This document shows positions 62,454 to 64,000 of a DNA stretch of 64,000 nt, piece after piece; the stretch's first letter is position 1, and each line of letters begins with the position of its first letter. A program made the translations under genes and the position numbers. Origin of the DNA: an uncultured Alphaproteobacteria bacterium (lineage in GTDB: Bacteria > Pseudomonadota > Alphaproteobacteria > Rhizobiales > Xanthobacteraceae); the NCBI GenBank assembly GCA_963732085.1, contig CAVSYJ010000011.1, positions 95,411 to 159,410 of the forward strand, given 5' to 3'. The notes under the pieces were generated by a model, which was not told the origin of the DNA, did no database searches, and saw only the letters and a program-made list of their open reading frames with translations.

Positions 62454-63187
62454 ATGACTGAACCCCTCCTCGCGATCCGCGGTCTGCGCGCCGCCTACGG
62501 CAAGATCGAGGCGCTGAAGGGCGTCGACCTCGACATCAATGCCGGCGAGATCGTCGCGCTGATCGGCGCCAACGGCGCCGGCAAGTCGACCTGATGATGA
62601 CGATCTTCGGCCGCCCGCGCGCCCGCGCCGGCCAGATCCTGTTCGACGGCCGCGACATCACGGAAGTGCCGACCCATGAGATCGCGCGGCTGCGCATCGC
62701 GCAATCGCCGGAGGGGCGGCGAATCTTCCCGCGCATGAGCGTGGCGGAGAACCTGCAGATGGGCGCGGACGCGACCGAGTGCAGCGAGACCGAGCGCGCA
62801 AGCGGGCTCGAGCGGGTGTTCGCCTTGTTCCCGCGCCTGAAGGAACGCATGACGCAACGCGGCGGCACGCTCTCCGGCGGCGAGCAGCAGATGCTTGCGA
62901 TCGGCCGCGCGCTGATGAGCAGGCCGCGCCTGCTGCTGCTCGACGAGCCGTCGCTGGGACTGGCGCCGCTGATCGCGCGCCAGATTTTCGACGCGATCCG
63001 CACATTGAACCGGCAGGATGGGCTGACCGTGCTGATCGTCGAGCAGAACGCCAACCATGCGTTGAAGCTCGCCCATCGCGGCTATGTCATGGTGAACGGC
63101 CTGATCACCTTGAAGGGAACCGGCAGCGAGCTGCTGGAACGGCCGGAAATCCGCGCCGCCTATCTGGAAGGCGGCCGGCGCGGCTAG
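62454..63187 (+). CDS. livF: ABC ATPase LivF, frameshift near 62592
   Basis: [46 protein letters not shown]. Confidence 0.93.
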
Positions 63188-63328
63188 GAGCCCGTGCGGC
63201 AAGATGCTGCGAAGGTGTCCCACTAAATGCCCGAAAATTGCCGATGACTTCGCCCTAAAATCAGCCGAGAATGGCGCGCTTTCCAAACCCGGCCCGTCCG
63301 GGTCCTTTTAGCCCTGCGAGGATCACCC

Positions 63329-64000
63329 ATGAAATCAGTGAAGCTCATCGGTCTGGCATTTGGCGCGTCGCTGGCGCTCTCGACGGTAGCCTTGTCGACG
63401 GCAGCCTTGTCGACGGCAGCCTTGGCCCAGGACCTTACCGTGGCAGTCGCGGGCCCCATGACCGGCGGCGAATCCGCGTTCGGCCGGCAGATGAAGAACG
63501 GCGCGGAAATGGCGGTCGCCGACCTCAATGCCGCCGGTGGCGTGATGGGTAAGAAGCTCGCGCTCGACGTCGAGGACGATGCCTGCGATCCCAAGCAGGC
63601 GCGCTCGGTGGCGGAGAAGATCGGCAGCTCGAAGATTCCGTTCGTTGCCGGGCATTACTGCTCGTCGTCCTCGATCCCGGCATCCGAAGCCTATGCCGAC
63701 GGCAACGTGCTGCAGATTACGCCGGCCTCCACCAACCCGCTCTACACCGAACGCAAGCTCTGGAACGTGGCGCGCGTCTGTGGCCGCGACGACCAGCAGG
63801 GCTCGGTCGCCGGCGATTTCATCGCCAAGGCCTACAAGGGCAAGAACGTCGCGATCCTCAACGACAAGACCACCTACGGCAAGGGACTCGCGGACGAGAC
63901 CAAGAAGGCGCTCAACAAGGCCGGCCTCACCGAGAAGATGTTCGAGTCCTACAACAAGGGCGACAAGGACTTTAACGCGATCGTGTCGCGCCTGAAGGCG
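63329..64000 (+). CDS. Branched-chain amino acid binding protein (LivJ/K-like), runs off the window; absent from the ORF track
   Basis: Own translation: signal peptide, VAGPMTG, EDDACDPKQA, GHYCSSSSIPAS, ITPASTNP, CGRDDQQG. Confidence 0.93.
   Translation, partial: MKSVKLIGLAFGASLALSTVALSTAALSTAALAQDLTVAVAGPMTGGESAFGRQMKNGAEMAVADLNAAGGVMGKKLALDVEDDACDPKQARSVAEKIGSSKIPFVAGHYCSSSSIPASEAYADGNVLQITPASTNPLYTERKLWNVARVCGRDDQQGSVAGDFIAKAYKGKNVAILNDKTTYGKGLADETKKALNKAGLTEKMFESYNKGDKDFNAIVSRLKA

Overview
High-GC alphaproteobacterial chromosome, most consistent with Bradyrhizobium/Nitrobacteraceae. It is mostly core and metabolic genes; I saw no rRNA, tRNA, CRISPR array, integrase or transposase. In order: a Dpp-type ABC transporter with three amide-bond hydrolases (M81, M20, amidase); a core MesD-like methionine synthase; gpt; the CP-ATP-grasp/alpha-E/transglutaminase/Anbu cluster behind a sigma54-type promoter; membrane glycosyltransferases; usg-groESL; a thiolase-like/DUF35 pair; a DUF2778 gene; DUF72-DUF488; a TetR-controlled ABC exporter; a cox-like Mo-hydroxylase cluster lacking coxL; pcaBDC; livHMGF and its binding protein. 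About 20 genes carry single-base frameshifts, probably assembly indels. Palindromic repeats of several families fill many intergenic gaps. Best leads: (1) the split, sigma54-driven Anbu cluster (known gene set, unresolved function); (2) two mirror-image bulged-hairpin doublets with compensatory changes; (3) alternating CtrA-like and CIRCE-like boxes between usg and groES; (4) a perfect CtrA box upstream of the DUF2778 gene; (5) coxS-coxM without coxL; (6) MesD-like synthase without an adjacent mesX. All family calls come from motif recognition by eye, not database searches.
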